DNA from: Candidatus Thorarchaeota archaeon
GTDB taxonomy: Archaea; Asgardarchaeota; Thorarchaeia; Thorarchaeales; Thorarchaeaceae
Assembly: GCA_048884785.1 (NCBI GenBank)
Contig: JBHLQM010000015.1
Location: forward strand, 1 to 49,440
DNA: 49,440 nucleotides
Direction of reading: 5' to 3'
The notes under the pieces are model-generated. The model was given only the letters and a program-made list of their open reading frames with translations. It ran no database searches and was not told the origin of the DNA. This document shows, piece by piece, positions 9,933 through 19,622 of the stretch. Position numbers and translations under genes: made by a program. Positions within the stretch are counted from its first letter, which is position 1. Every line of letters starts with the position of its first letter.

Positions 9933-10322
9933 ATGTCAAATGAAGAACAAGTACTAGAGGAATTGAGAGAGATTAGGAAACTCCTCACTCCTCCGAAACC
10001 CCCAGAACCTCCAAAAGGTTTCGTTGACGAATTCGTAGTGTTTCTGAAAAAATCGAAGGTAATGGGATTGGCTGTTGCCTTTATCCTTGCTCTGTACATT
10101 GGGGCCTTGATTCAATCGTTTGTCTTTCATATAATTATGCCAATCATTGGCGTTTTTATCCCAAGTACTGAGAGTTGGGATTCATTCTATATACAGCTAA
10201 CTGATAGTCAGTTATCCCGTGTAATGATTGGAACCTTTACAGGCAATCTCATCACGTTCATTGTCATTGCGTTCATAGTATTCCTATTGGTCAAGCTCAC
10301 TTCCAGACTTGGATTGGAGTAG
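9933..10322 (+). CDS. mscL: MscL-family mechanosensitive channel
   Basis: FVDEFVVFL...VMGLAVAFI...IIMPII...IGTFTGNLITFIVIAFIVFLLVK; start reassigned to the ATG at 9933. Confidence 0.8.
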   Translation: MSNEEQVLEELREIRKLLTPPKPPEPPKGFVDEFVVFLKKSKVMGLAVAFILALYIGALIQSFVFHIIMPIIGVFIPSTESWDSFYIQLTDSQLSRVMIGTFTGNLITFIVIAFIVFLLVKLTSRLGLE

Positions 10323-10342
10323 CCCTCACATTCAGCGAATTC

Positions 10343-10365
10343 GGCTGCCTTTTGAAAAGGTAGCT
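10343..10365. terminator. Hairpin after mscL
   Basis: GCTGCCTTT-TGA-AAAGGTAGC imperfect palindrome about 20 nt after the stop. Confidence 0.35.
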
Positions 10366-10532
10366 CATAACTGACATATCATGGTAGTCCAGATGCTGCG
10401 TTCACGGATAGGATATCAGATATGGCATGTTCAGGATCTGCATATGTATAGAAACACCGCTTTAGGCCGTAATTGTCTGGTAGAGTAAGGCTTAACAAAG
10501 ACTGCTCTTTTTCTGGACTGAGGATGTTTCAT

Positions 10533-12932
10533 ATGGCAAAAGAGTTGCAGGTTGAGAAGTATAGAAAATTCTGTTCGCCCAATCTCATTAGATGCAAGAC
10601 TACTGAGGATCTCTCTCCAATCGATGATATTATTGGACAGGAGCGGGCATTGAAAGCTTTAAGCTTTGGCCTTGAAATTGAAGAGAAAGGCTTCAATGTT
10701 TATGCGGCGGGTGCTCCTGGAACAGGAAAGACCACAACCGTCAGCGCATTTCTTGAAGATGTTGCTAAGTCGCGGCCTGTACCTCCGGATTGGTGTTATG
10801 TTTACAATTTTCAGAATCCATCGGAGCCAAATGCCATTAGATTGACACCTGGATGGGCACATCAATTGCAGAGAGACATAAGTGACCTAATCTCAGCAGC
10901 CAGAAATGTACTTCCTGATATATTCGAGAGTGAAGATTACATCACTCGAAGACAGGCCACAACCAAAGCAATTGAGACAGAGCGTGCAAATCTCTTCAAC
11001 AAAGTCAACCAGTATGCTCAGAAGAAAGGATTCATGCTAAGAAGCACCCCGAGTGGCCTACTTGTTATTCCAATGCTGAATGGTCAACCTCTTGCCGATG
11101 AGCAAATTGCCACACTGGATCAAGAAACTCTAGATAAGATTACAAAAGCTCGAGAAGAGATTGATGTTGAACTTCGGAATGCAATGAGGGAGTTAAGGAA
11201 ACTAGAAACTCAAGTAAGTTCCAAGTTGGAGAATCTCAATCGTGACGTGGCACTGTTTGCAATCGGGCATATAATCACAGACTTGCAGACCATATATTCG
11301 AAAAACGAAGAAGTGGTTAAGTTCATCGATGATGTGCAAGAGAGCATTCTTGGCAACATAGGCGCATTCATTGAGGCCAAGAACATATCGGGTCAACCCC
11401 CGGAAGCACAATTCGCCAGTGAGCAATTCTTCAAGCGATATGAAGTAAACATAATGGTGACCAATAAGGATCTAGAAGGTGCACCAGTTGTAGTCGAATA
11501 TAATCCAACATATAGCAATCTTTTTGGCCGCATAGAAAAGGAAGCACGATTCGGTGTGTTGACAACCGATTTTTCGATGATCCAACCAGGGTCGCTTCAT
11601 AGAGCAAATGGCGGGTATCTAATGATTCCTGTTCAAGACCTAGCCAGAACACCTGCCTCATATGAGAGTCTAAAACGGGCTCTGAAGAATGGGAATATAA
11701 CAATTGAAGACATCAGCTTTCCGGGCGCTCCTATATCCGCGAGAGGACTGCAGCCTGAGCCAATAGAATTGAATGTCAAGGTGGTTTTGGTTGGAGATTC
11801 CCAAGTCTATGAGATGCTATACACACAGGACCCGGACTTCAAAGAGCTGTTCAAGGTAAAAGCGCACTTTGACACATCCATGGACCGAACAGAAGAAAAC
11901 ATCCAGAAATACGCGGCTGCAATGGCAAATGTATGCACTAGAGAAGGACTAAGGCATCTTGATGCGGAAGCGGCTGCTAAAATCATCGAATACAGCTCTC
12001 GCCTTGCCGACGATAAGGAGAAGCTCTCCACACGGTTTGCGGACATTTCTGACATAATCCGTGAAGCTACATTTTACGCAACGCAGGATAAGGCTCCACA
12101 TGTGACTGCAGTTCACATAACAAAAGCAATTGAAGAGAGAATATACCGTTCCAATCTCATTCAAGAGAAGATTCAGGAAATGATTCAACGCGGCGTGATT
12201 CTGATCTCAACTGAGGGAGAGGCTGTAGGTCAGATCAATGGTCTAAGTGTTATGAGATACGGTGATTTTGAATTTGGAGGGCCTTCAAGAGTCACGGCCA
12301 GTGTTGCAGTCGGTCGCCAAGGAATCATTGACATTGAGAGGGAATCCGAAATGGGCGGTCGAATTCACACAAAGGGTGTGATGATACTGAGCGGCTATCT
12401 CTCGAGGATATTTGCTCAAGACAAGCCATTGGGGCTTTCTGCACGTCTAGTTTTCGAGCAGAGTTACTCTGGCGTGGATGGTGATAGCGCGTCAAGCACA
12501 GAGCTCTACACATTACTCTCTGCCCTTTCCGGAATTCCAATCAAGCAGTGTTTTGCTGTAACAGGGTCAGTGAATCAACATGGTGAAGTGCAGGCAATCG
12601 GAGGAGTAAATGAAAAGATTGAAGGTTTCTATGAAATCTGTAAAGCGAGAGGGCTTACGGGTGAACATGGTGTACTGATTCCCGAAAGCAATATACAGAA
12701 CCTTATGTTGAAAGAAGAGGTTGTGGATGCGGCAAAGAACGGTCTTTTCCATATTTATCCTGTGAAGACCATTTCTGAGGGCATAGAAATTCTTACAGGG
12801 AAGAAGGCCGGCGCTCGAAAACAGGATGGCACATTCAAGACAGGAACAATATTCGATCTTGTGAACAAGCAATTGATGGAATTTGCTGGAAGGCTCAAAG
12901 AGCATCAATATCAGCAAGACTCAAGACTGTAG
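10533..12932 (+). CDS. Lon-family (S16) protease, soluble LonC/YcbZ-like type
   Basis: IIGQERA, GAPGTGKT, PGSLHRANGGYL, catalytic Ser in GDSASSTE and Lys in NEKIEGF; coiled-coil insert and no TM segment. Confidence 0.9.
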   Translation: MAKELQVEKYRKFCSPNLIRCKTTEDLSPIDDIIGQERALKALSFGLEIEEKGFNVYAAGAPGTGKTTTVSAFLEDVAKSRPVPPDWCYVYNFQNPSEPNAIRLTPGWAHQLQRDISDLISAARNVLPDIFESEDYITRRQATTKAIETERANLFNKVNQYAQKKGFMLRSTPSGLLVIPMLNGQPLADEQIATLDQETLDKITKAREEIDVELRNAMRELRKLETQVSSKLENLNRDVALFAIGHIITDLQTIYSKNEEVVKFIDDVQESILGNIGAFIEAKNISGQPPEAQFASEQFFKRYEVNIMVTNKDLEGAPVVVEYNPTYSNLFGRIEKEARFGVLTTDFSMIQPGSLHRANGGYLMIPVQDLARTPASYESLKRALKNGNITIEDISFPGAPISARGLQPEPIELNVKVVLVGDSQVYEMLYTQDPDFKELFKVKAHFDTSMDRTEENIQKYAAAMANVCTREGLRHLDAEAAAKIIEYSSRLADDKEKLSTRFADISDIIREATFYATQDKAPHVTAVHITKAIEERIYRSNLIQEKIQEMIQRGVILISTEGEAVGQINGLSVMRYGDFEFGGPSRVTASVAVGRQGIIDIERESEMGGRIHTKGVMILSGYLSRIFAQDKPLGLSARLVFEQSYSGVDGDSASSTELYTLLSALSGIPIKQCFAVTGSVNQHGEVQAIGGVNEKIEGFYEICKARGLTGEHGVLIPESNIQNLMLKEEVVDAAKNGLFHIYPVKTISEGIEILTGKKAGARKQDGTFKTGTIFDLVNKQLMEFAGRLKEHQYQQDSRL

Positions 12933-13051
12933 CTTGTCTTTCAAAGCAAAATCTGGAAATTCCATTCGCCTAAGCAACCTGCAAAATGAAATAGATACAA
13001 GACGTTTCTTTAAATTGATACATTCGACTGTTGAAATTACGAGGTGCTCAT

Positions 13052-14791
13052 ATGCCTGATGTGAAAGAAGCCACCGAGTGGATCAAGCAAATTATGGATG
13101 TCGTTCATGATGGTATGCTTGTGATTCAAGAAGAGGAAATAATTCTTGCAAACGACATTTTAGCTAACTTGTTGGGCTATCAGGAAGACGATTTGCTTGA
13201 TATGGACTTTGAGGACCTCGTTGATCCAATATCAATTCGTCACAACCAGGCACAGATTCAGGCTCTGATTTCAGGCAAGAACCTCACGAAGTTCAATACA
13301 AGACTGAAAAGCAAGGATGGTACCGTTCTCCAAGTTGAAGTAAACCCTGCTTTGATAGACATCGGTGATGAACCGTGTGTTTTGGCAGCAGTTCGAGACA
13401 TATCAAGGCAAATTGCATTGGAAGAAGCTGTAATGCAACTAGAACAGCGATTTGCCTCCCTTTATGACCTCTCTCCGGTGCCCTACCTTACTTTAAACAA
13501 TGACGGAATTATTACTCAAGTGAATGAAGCCACTGAGGAATTGCTGCTACAAAGTGCCGATGAGATTATGGGACACTCACTCTCAGAATTTCTTGTTGAG
13601 CGACCAGAAAGAGATACCTACGATCCGAGTGCAGCAATTATCCACGAAGTCATGAGAGGGAAGAGCGTCAAAGGCATAGAACTCGAAATGAAGCAGAAGG
13701 ATGCCAAGTCGACATGGGTAAGTGTAAGCTCCAGGTCCCTGAATCCTGATTCTGAGAGACCTTCAGAGATTGCTCTGACTGCTGTGGATGTTACCCGACG
13801 GAGAAATGCGGAGAAAAGACAGCGCGAGGAAAGCGAGCGGGCCAATCTATACTTCGAACTTATGACCAGTGATTTGAATATTATTCTTCAGAGCGTCCTT
13901 TTTGCTCTGGAGGACCTAAAATTGTCGCTACAGATGACCGACCGCGAGTTGACACTCATTCGGGATTCATCATGGAATCTCCGACGTGCAGCCCGGCTCA
14001 TTGTGAATATGGGCGTTCTACTATCTCTTGGAAGCTCCCCTCCTGCAAAAGGAAAAGTGAATCTTACTCCTCATATCAACAGAGCCGTCCTTGAAGTAAA
14101 ACGTGACTTTGAGGGAAAGACCCTTGAATTCAAATCTGATTTGCCGCAGAAGGATTTTGAAGTAACGGGCCACGCATTTCTCCACAATGTCTTCTTCAAT
14201 ATTCTCCATAATTCTATGACGTACGATGAAAAGGAACCTGTTGAGATTAAAGTGAAGGCAAAGCTGGAGGAGTATGGCCGAGAAGTCAGAATTGAATTTG
14301 AAGATCAAGGTCCAGGAATATATGCTGAGCAAAAGCAGGATATTTTCAGGCGTACTCATGACCCAGAGAGTAAAGTAATCGGAAAAGGTCTCGGGCTAAC
14401 CGTCGCGGACCGATATATCTCACATCTTGGCGGTAGAATCTGGGTTGAGGATAGAATCAAGGGAGACCCCTCAAAAGGAAGTAGGTTTGTTGTTATCCTG
14501 CCTAGATGGCGTGAGAAGGCTGAGCTGCCTGTAATTACATTCTATAAATCTGAACATTGTGTGTTTTGCGGTCCAGTCTTTGAAACTCTCTCTGCAATTA
14601 TGGACGAAATCGGCGTGGGCCGTTCAGTTATAGAAGTAGTAAATATTGATGATCCATCAGCAGGAATTACTGAGGACGATTTGCCTGCGTTGCCCACAAT
14701 ACAGATGGGAACTGAACAGCTGACCGGGTTCCTCTCGGAGGAGGATTTGAGAGCAGGCGTTATGCGCCTTCTTACTACCAACTCAGCATAG
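13052..14791 (+). CDS. PAS-PAS histidine-kinase-like protein (H-box His replaced by Ser) with C-terminal CxxC thioredoxin-like domain
   Basis: Two PAS domains; ELMTSDLN; FFNILHNS, EDQGPGI, GKGLGL, GGRIWVED; tail FYKSEHCVFC...ALPTI; SD GAGGTG. Confidence 0.85.
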   Translation: MPDVKEATEWIKQIMDVVHDGMLVIQEEEIILANDILANLLGYQEDDLLDMDFEDLVDPISIRHNQAQIQALISGKNLTKFNTRLKSKDGTVLQVEVNPALIDIGDEPCVLAAVRDISRQIALEEAVMQLEQRFASLYDLSPVPYLTLNNDGIITQVNEATEELLLQSADEIMGHSLSEFLVERPERDTYDPSAAIIHEVMRGKSVKGIELEMKQKDAKSTWVSVSSRSLNPDSERPSEIALTAVDVTRRRNAEKRQREESERANLYFELMTSDLNIILQSVLFALEDLKLSLQMTDRELTLIRDSSWNLRRAARLIVNMGVLLSLGSSPPAKGKVNLTPHINRAVLEVKRDFEGKTLEFKSDLPQKDFEVTGHAFLHNVFFNILHNSMTYDEKEPVEIKVKAKLEEYGREVRIEFEDQGPGIYAEQKQDIFRRTHDPESKVIGKGLGLTVADRYISHLGGRIWVEDRIKGDPSKGSRFVVILPRWREKAELPVITFYKSEHCVFCGPVFETLSAIMDEIGVGRSVIEVVNIDDPSAGITEDDLPALPTIQMGTEQLTGFLSEEDLRAGVMRLLTTNSA

Positions 14792-15135
14792 GAAACGCAC
14801 CGAACGTCACATTGAATCGCCAAAGCAGTAGAAGGAATCATCAAGAGCTGCTTTGGCATTCGATTTGAACCTGAATCGGCATTTATGAGGCGGATTCCTG
14901 CACATGAAAGTGATAAAATGAGCTTTTTAGTAAAAACACTGGACTTGTCCATTTTTGAACATATTCTCGGTTTCACTGCACGATTCTAATCCTGCAAATT
15001 GCCGAATAACTCAATTCTTCGACTCCATAAATCTATAATCATATTCAGGGAGTATAACCTGTGCTATCGTGATTCACATTCTAGTGAACCAGCTTAGTAT
15101 GCACTATCTGGCATCAGTCCACAGGGGTTTGATAA

Positions 15136-15633
15136 ATGGCTTCTGTCATTCATATTCCCAATTCTACTTTTAGTCGTGAGGTAGCTTCCGTCCCAGGCGG
15201 TGAAGCAATTAACAAATGCATCCAGTGTGGAATATGCACTGCAAGCTGTATGGTTGCTCGTGCATCAGAGAAATACCGTCCTCGCAAATTGATCCAAAAA
15301 ATACTGATTGGAAAAAGAGAAGAAGTTCTTCGAAGTGAGCAGCCTTGGTTCTGTATGACTTGCCGAATGTGTGAACAGAACTGTCAAGAGGGTGTTAGTC
15401 CAGCTGAGGTGTTTCATGCCGTCAGATATCTTGCTGCACGCGATGGACATGTGCCACAAGTTTTCCGAAAGGCTTTGAAAACTCTTTTTGAAGATGGGTG
15501 GCTTCTGAGCTATGCATATTCAGATTTTGCGGAAGATGAGAGAGATGATTTAGGTCTGAATCCTGATCTTACCTGGAATAGAACATTCGTTCGTCGGATA
15601 AAAGAGAAGTACTTCGGGGAGGCCAATATTTGA
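15136..15633 (+). CDS. hdrC: Heterodisulfide reductase subunit C
   Basis: CIQCGICTASC, PRKLI, WFCMTCRMCEQNC; precedes and overlaps hdrB. Confidence 0.85.
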   Translation: MASVIHIPNSTFSREVASVPGGEAINKCIQCGICTASCMVARASEKYRPRKLIQKILIGKREEVLRSEQPWFCMTCRMCEQNCQEGVSPAEVFHAVRYLAARDGHVPQVFRKALKTLFEDGWLLSYAYSDFAEDERDDLGLNPDLTWNRTFVRRIKEKYFGEANI

Positions 15634-16505
15634 GAGAGATCCTCCTCTATCGCGGCTGTACAACACCTGTTAGATTACCTGCCTACGAGGCGTCAACAAT
15701 TGCAGTATTGGAGAAACTAGGTGTAAAAGCAATAGAATTCAACGATACGAATTGCTGTGGTGCCCAATATGTTGAATCTCTTTCCAAACATGCATATGCG
15801 GCAATGAGTGGTAGAATTTTAGCGCTTGCTGAGAAAGAGGGACTTGACATTCTTGCTCTTTGCGGTGCATGTTCAGGATCCTTGAAAATCAACAAGCATC
15901 TCCTCGACTCCGATATTCATCTCCGTGACGAAGTGAATTCCCTTCTAGAAGATGAGGGCCTCAAGTATTCTGGAAAAGTAAAAGTCCGACACCTCTTACA
16001 GGTTCTGAACGAAGATATAGGTCTGCCAACAATCGAACGGGCAATTGTACGAAAATGCAACGGAGTTAGACTTGCAGCTCATTATGGTTGTCATGTAACT
16101 CGTCCAGTGGAAATTGTTCAAGTAGATGATCCTGAAAGGCCCTCAATTCTGGACAGATTGATTGAAGTTGCAGGTGGGGTGGCTGTAGACTATGTGGGGA
16201 AAACGCACTGCTGTGGAGGGCCAATGCTTGCAATGGATGAGTCTTTGGCTACTGAAATAGGATTTAATAAGATACAGAATGTGGCTTCTGCAAAAGCCGA
16301 GGGGATTGTGACAGCCTGTGTATTTTGCGATATTCAGCTTACTCAGGTTCAGTTCGGCAAGCCGCTACGTGTATCCAGATTGCCAATAATGCCAATAAGT
16401 CAGCTACTAGGTTTTGCCCTTGGAATTGATGATGATGTTTTGGGAATTGGACTTAACAGAATCAGTCCGGAAGCTATTCTTCATGCCACTATGGAGGTTC
16501 AATAA
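15630..16505 (+). CDS. hdrB: Heterodisulfide reductase subunit B
   Basis: Two CCG domains (YRGC...CCGA...CGAC; HYGCH...CCGG...CVFC). Confidence 0.9.
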   Translation: MREILLYRGCTTPVRLPAYEASTIAVLEKLGVKAIEFNDTNCCGAQYVESLSKHAYAAMSGRILALAEKEGLDILALCGACSGSLKINKHLLDSDIHLRDEVNSLLEDEGLKYSGKVKVRHLLQVLNEDIGLPTIERAIVRKCNGVRLAAHYGCHVTRPVEIVQVDDPERPSILDRLIEVAGGVAVDYVGKTHCCGGPMLAMDESLATEIGFNKIQNVASAKAEGIVTACVFCDIQLTQVQFGKPLRVSRLPIMPISQLLGFALGIDDDVLGIGLNRISPEAILHATMEVQ

Positions 16506-17843
16506 ATGATTCAGAGTACAAGTTATGTTAGTAGAGTACGACATTTCGTTTCTGATAATGCGCTAATCGTGGGCGGAGGAGTGGCCGGTATGCAGGCCGC
16601 GCTTGACATCGCCAACCAGGGCTTCAAAGTGTATCTTGTAGAAAAAACATCATCTATTGGAGGACGTATGGCCGCAATAGATAAAACATTCCCAACTCTG
16701 GATTGTTCTGCTTGTATATTGACACCAAAGCTCAGTGAAGTTGCACGACATCCGAACATAGAACTACTAACGTATTCTGAGATGGAAGATGCCTCTGGCC
16801 ATGATGGCAATTTCAAGGTGAAAATTCGCAGAAAAGCACGCTATGTTCATGAAGGTAAGTGTTCTGGATGTGGTGAATGTGCTGCAATATGTCCTTCGGA
16901 GGTTCCCTCAGAATTTGATGAGAGAATTGGATTTCGCAAAGCAATCTATTTGCCTTTTCCTCAAGCAACTCCTGCCGTATATACAATAGATATGGCCTCC
17001 TGCATTGGATGCAAGAGGTGTTCAAAGAGATGTGAACGTGGCGCAATTGACTATGAGATGAAAGACAAAATAATCAAGCTGCAGGTAGGAGCTATTATTG
17101 TGGCTACTGGGTACAAGCTGTTCGATGTCAGTGAATATCCACGCCTTGGATATGGTCGCTATCATAACGTTATCAATGCAATGGAGTATGAACGACTGAT
17201 CAATGCTGCTGGACCTACACATGGTCACCTTATTCGGTTAAGCGATGGAAAAATGCCAAAGAATATTGGCTTTATACAGTGCGTTGGAGCTCGAGATGTA
17301 AACAAGGGATCGCCCTATTGCTCACGTGTGTGTTGCATGTATGGTATAAAGAATGCAGTTATGGCCAAGGAACATGACCCTGAAGCCGAGGTGACCATAT
17401 ACTATGCCGACATCAGGGCGTTCGGGAAGGGGTTCGAAGAGTTTTATGAGATGGCAAAAACCCGATTTGGAGTTCATTTTGTTAAGGGCAGAGTTGGTGA
17501 GGTTATGGAGGATTCAGAAACCCAAGACTTGCTTGTTGAAGTCGAGGATATAATGTCAGCGCATCTCACTGAAGCCCGGCACGATATGCTTGTAATCTGT
17601 CCCGGACTCAAGCCGCCAGATGGTCTTGATGCAGTCGCCAAGAAGCTTAAACTGCATCAGTCTATAGATGGGTATTTGGATATCCACGATTCATTCTTGG
17701 CTCCTGTTGAAACCTCTATTCCCGGAGTATTCACATGTGGGTGTGCTGACGGTCCGAAGGATATTCCCGACAGTGTGACAGCAGGAAGCGCCGCTGCCAT
17801 GCGGGCAACAATTATTCTCTCGAGGGCGGGTGATTTGCTGTGA
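16506..17843 (+). CDS. hdrA: HdrA-like flavoprotein (FAD/TrxR core plus inserted ferredoxin; lacks the N-terminal domain and C-terminal ferredoxin)
   Basis: GGGVAG, KTFPTLDCSAC, CSGCGECAAICP, CIGCKRCSKRC, QCVGARD, CSRVCC, GPKDIP. Confidence 0.9.
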   Translation: MIQSTSYVSRVRHFVSDNALIVGGGVAGMQAALDIANQGFKVYLVEKTSSIGGRMAAIDKTFPTLDCSACILTPKLSEVARHPNIELLTYSEMEDASGHDGNFKVKIRRKARYVHEGKCSGCGECAAICPSEVPSEFDERIGFRKAIYLPFPQATPAVYTIDMASCIGCKRCSKRCERGAIDYEMKDKIIKLQVGAIIVATGYKLFDVSEYPRLGYGRYHNVINAMEYERLINAAGPTHGHLIRLSDGKMPKNIGFIQCVGARDVNKGSPYCSRVCCMYGIKNAVMAKEHDPEAEVTIYYADIRAFGKGFEEFYEMAKTRFGVHFVKGRVGEVMEDSETQDLLVEVEDIMSAHLTEARHDMLVICPGLKPPDGLDAVAKKLKLHQSIDGYLDIHDSFLAPVETSIPGVFTCGCADGPKDIPDSVTAGSAAAMRATIILSRAGDLL

Positions 17844-19591
17844 GTGAAAGTGAAACTCCTAGAATAGGTGTGTTTGTGTGTCACTGCGGTCACAATATTG
17901 CAGGGGTCGTTGATGTTGTGCGTCTGGCAAAGGAAGCCGCATCTTTTCCAAATGTCGTCTTTAGCACGGATGAGATGTTTATGTGCGCCGATGGCGGGCA
18001 GGGACTCATTCGAAGAAAGATCAAGGAATTTGAACTCAATCGAGTTGTTGTGGCAAGTTGTTCACCAAGAATGCACGAACCAACATTTCGCCGTGTAGTA
18101 GAAGAGGCCGGTTTGAACAGGTACTTGTTCGAACAAGTAAATCTTCGTGAGCACGTTTCGTGGTGTCATATGCGACAGCCAGAAGCTGCAACTCAGAAAG
18201 CCATCGACCTAGTACGCATGTCAGTGGCACGTGCGGCAATGCTACAAGAATTGCCAGTTAAGAAAGTCGATGTATTTCCATCAACTCTAGTGGTTGGTTC
18301 TGGAATTGCGGGGCTCACAGCCGCGCTCGATATTGCTGATCGTGGTTTTGATGCTGTCATTGTTGAAAAAGACAAGATTCTGGGAGGGCATGTGGCAAAA
18401 TGGACACATCTCTTCCCATCAGACCAAATTGGAGAACAGGTAATTGAACCTCTTGTTGAGCGATTGATGAGACATGAAAAAGTGAGAGTTCTACGTGATA
18501 GTAGAGTAGTGAAATTTGATGGCTATATTGGCAACTTCGATGTTACAGTACAGCATAATCCTACTGGATCACAGCAGTCCTTCAAAGTTGGAGCGGCGAT
18601 TATTGCTACGGGATTTGAACCCTTCAAGCCCATTGGATACTATGCCTATGGCAAATCTCCAGATATTATCACATTAGCCGAGCTCCAAGAAATGCCACGA
18701 CGATATGAAATATTCAAACCAAGCAACGGTCGCCTTGTCAATAGACTTGCATTCATCGGGTGTGTGGGATCTCGTGAGCCCGGTTTGAAAGGACATGAAC
18801 ACTGTTCTCGACATTGTTGTGCTGCGCTGGCAAAGGCAGCATCAGATTTGCGAGAACGTGTCGAAGAGGTCATTGTTCTTTACCAGGACATTCGTACCTA
18901 TGGGAGAGGGCATGAGGAACTACATAGGCTGGCAAGAAGTAGAAACGTCATATATAGCAAGTTCCCTCCGGATGACAAACCAAAAGTGGAGATAGAAAAT
19001 GGGCGGCCCACTATTACTTGGTACGACGTGCTATCTGAAGATGAACTGAAGTACGAGCCTGACTTGATAGTACTGGCATCAGCAATGCTCCCTCCGAGTG
19101 ATATTGAGGAAACTGCAAAGATGTTTAGCCTAACCCGGAGCGGAGATGGCTTCTTCAACCCAGAGCATATCAAACTTGCTCCATTAACAACACATACTGC
19201 AGGAATTATGATAGCCGGCGCTGCACAAGCAGCAAAGAATGCCCATGAGGCAGCCATTGATGCTAGCGGCGCAGCCGCAAAAGCAGTTTCATTAATGGCC
19301 CGTGGTCAAGTTGAAATCGAATCCACTATAGCACAAGTGAATTCCGAGAGATGTTCATCATGCCATACCTGTGTTTCAGCATGCCCCTATGGTGCTATGG
19401 CTATGGATTATACAGTAACGCCTGAGGTTGCTTTCGTTACGGAAGCGAAATGTCATGGCTGCGGCACGTGTGCTGGTGGTTGTCCAAGTGGCGCAATTAC
19501 GATGTTGCATTCAACAGACGACCAAATACTAACAATGGTCCAAGCCTATTTGGGCTCCACAGGAGGGCAGCAAAAAGCAAAAATTGGATGA
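17840..19591 (+). CDS. hdrA: HdrA-like flavoprotein (N-terminal domain, FAD core, C-terminal ferredoxin; lacks the inserted ferredoxin)
   Basis: RIGVFVCHCG, ASCSPRMHE, GSGIAG, GCVGSRE, CSRHCC, CSSCHTCVSACP, CHGCGTCAGGCP. Confidence 0.9.
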   Translation: MSESETPRIGVFVCHCGHNIAGVVDVVRLAKEAASFPNVVFSTDEMFMCADGGQGLIRRKIKEFELNRVVVASCSPRMHEPTFRRVVEEAGLNRYLFEQVNLREHVSWCHMRQPEAATQKAIDLVRMSVARAAMLQELPVKKVDVFPSTLVVGSGIAGLTAALDIADRGFDAVIVEKDKILGGHVAKWTHLFPSDQIGEQVIEPLVERLMRHEKVRVLRDSRVVKFDGYIGNFDVTVQHNPTGSQQSFKVGAAIIATGFEPFKPIGYYAYGKSPDIITLAELQEMPRRYEIFKPSNGRLVNRLAFIGCVGSREPGLKGHEHCSRHCCAALAKAASDLRERVEEVIVLYQDIRTYGRGHEELHRLARSRNVIYSKFPPDDKPKVEIENGRPTITWYDVLSEDELKYEPDLIVLASAMLPPSDIEETAKMFSLTRSGDGFFNPEHIKLAPLTTHTAGIMIAGAAQAAKNAHEAAIDASGAAAKAVSLMARGQVEIESTIAQVNSERCSSCHTCVSACPYGAMAMDYTVTPEVAFVTEAKCHGCGTCAGGCPSGAITMLHSTDDQILTMVQAYLGSTGGQQKAKIG

Positions 19592-19622
19592 TATCTAAGC
19601 ATTCCTCGATGAGGGGCTTGAA

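Noticed and set aside
14542-14976. 144-aa minus-strand ORF and the many other antisense or nested ORFs in the track
   Set aside because: They shadow well-supported genes and show no recognisable motifs.
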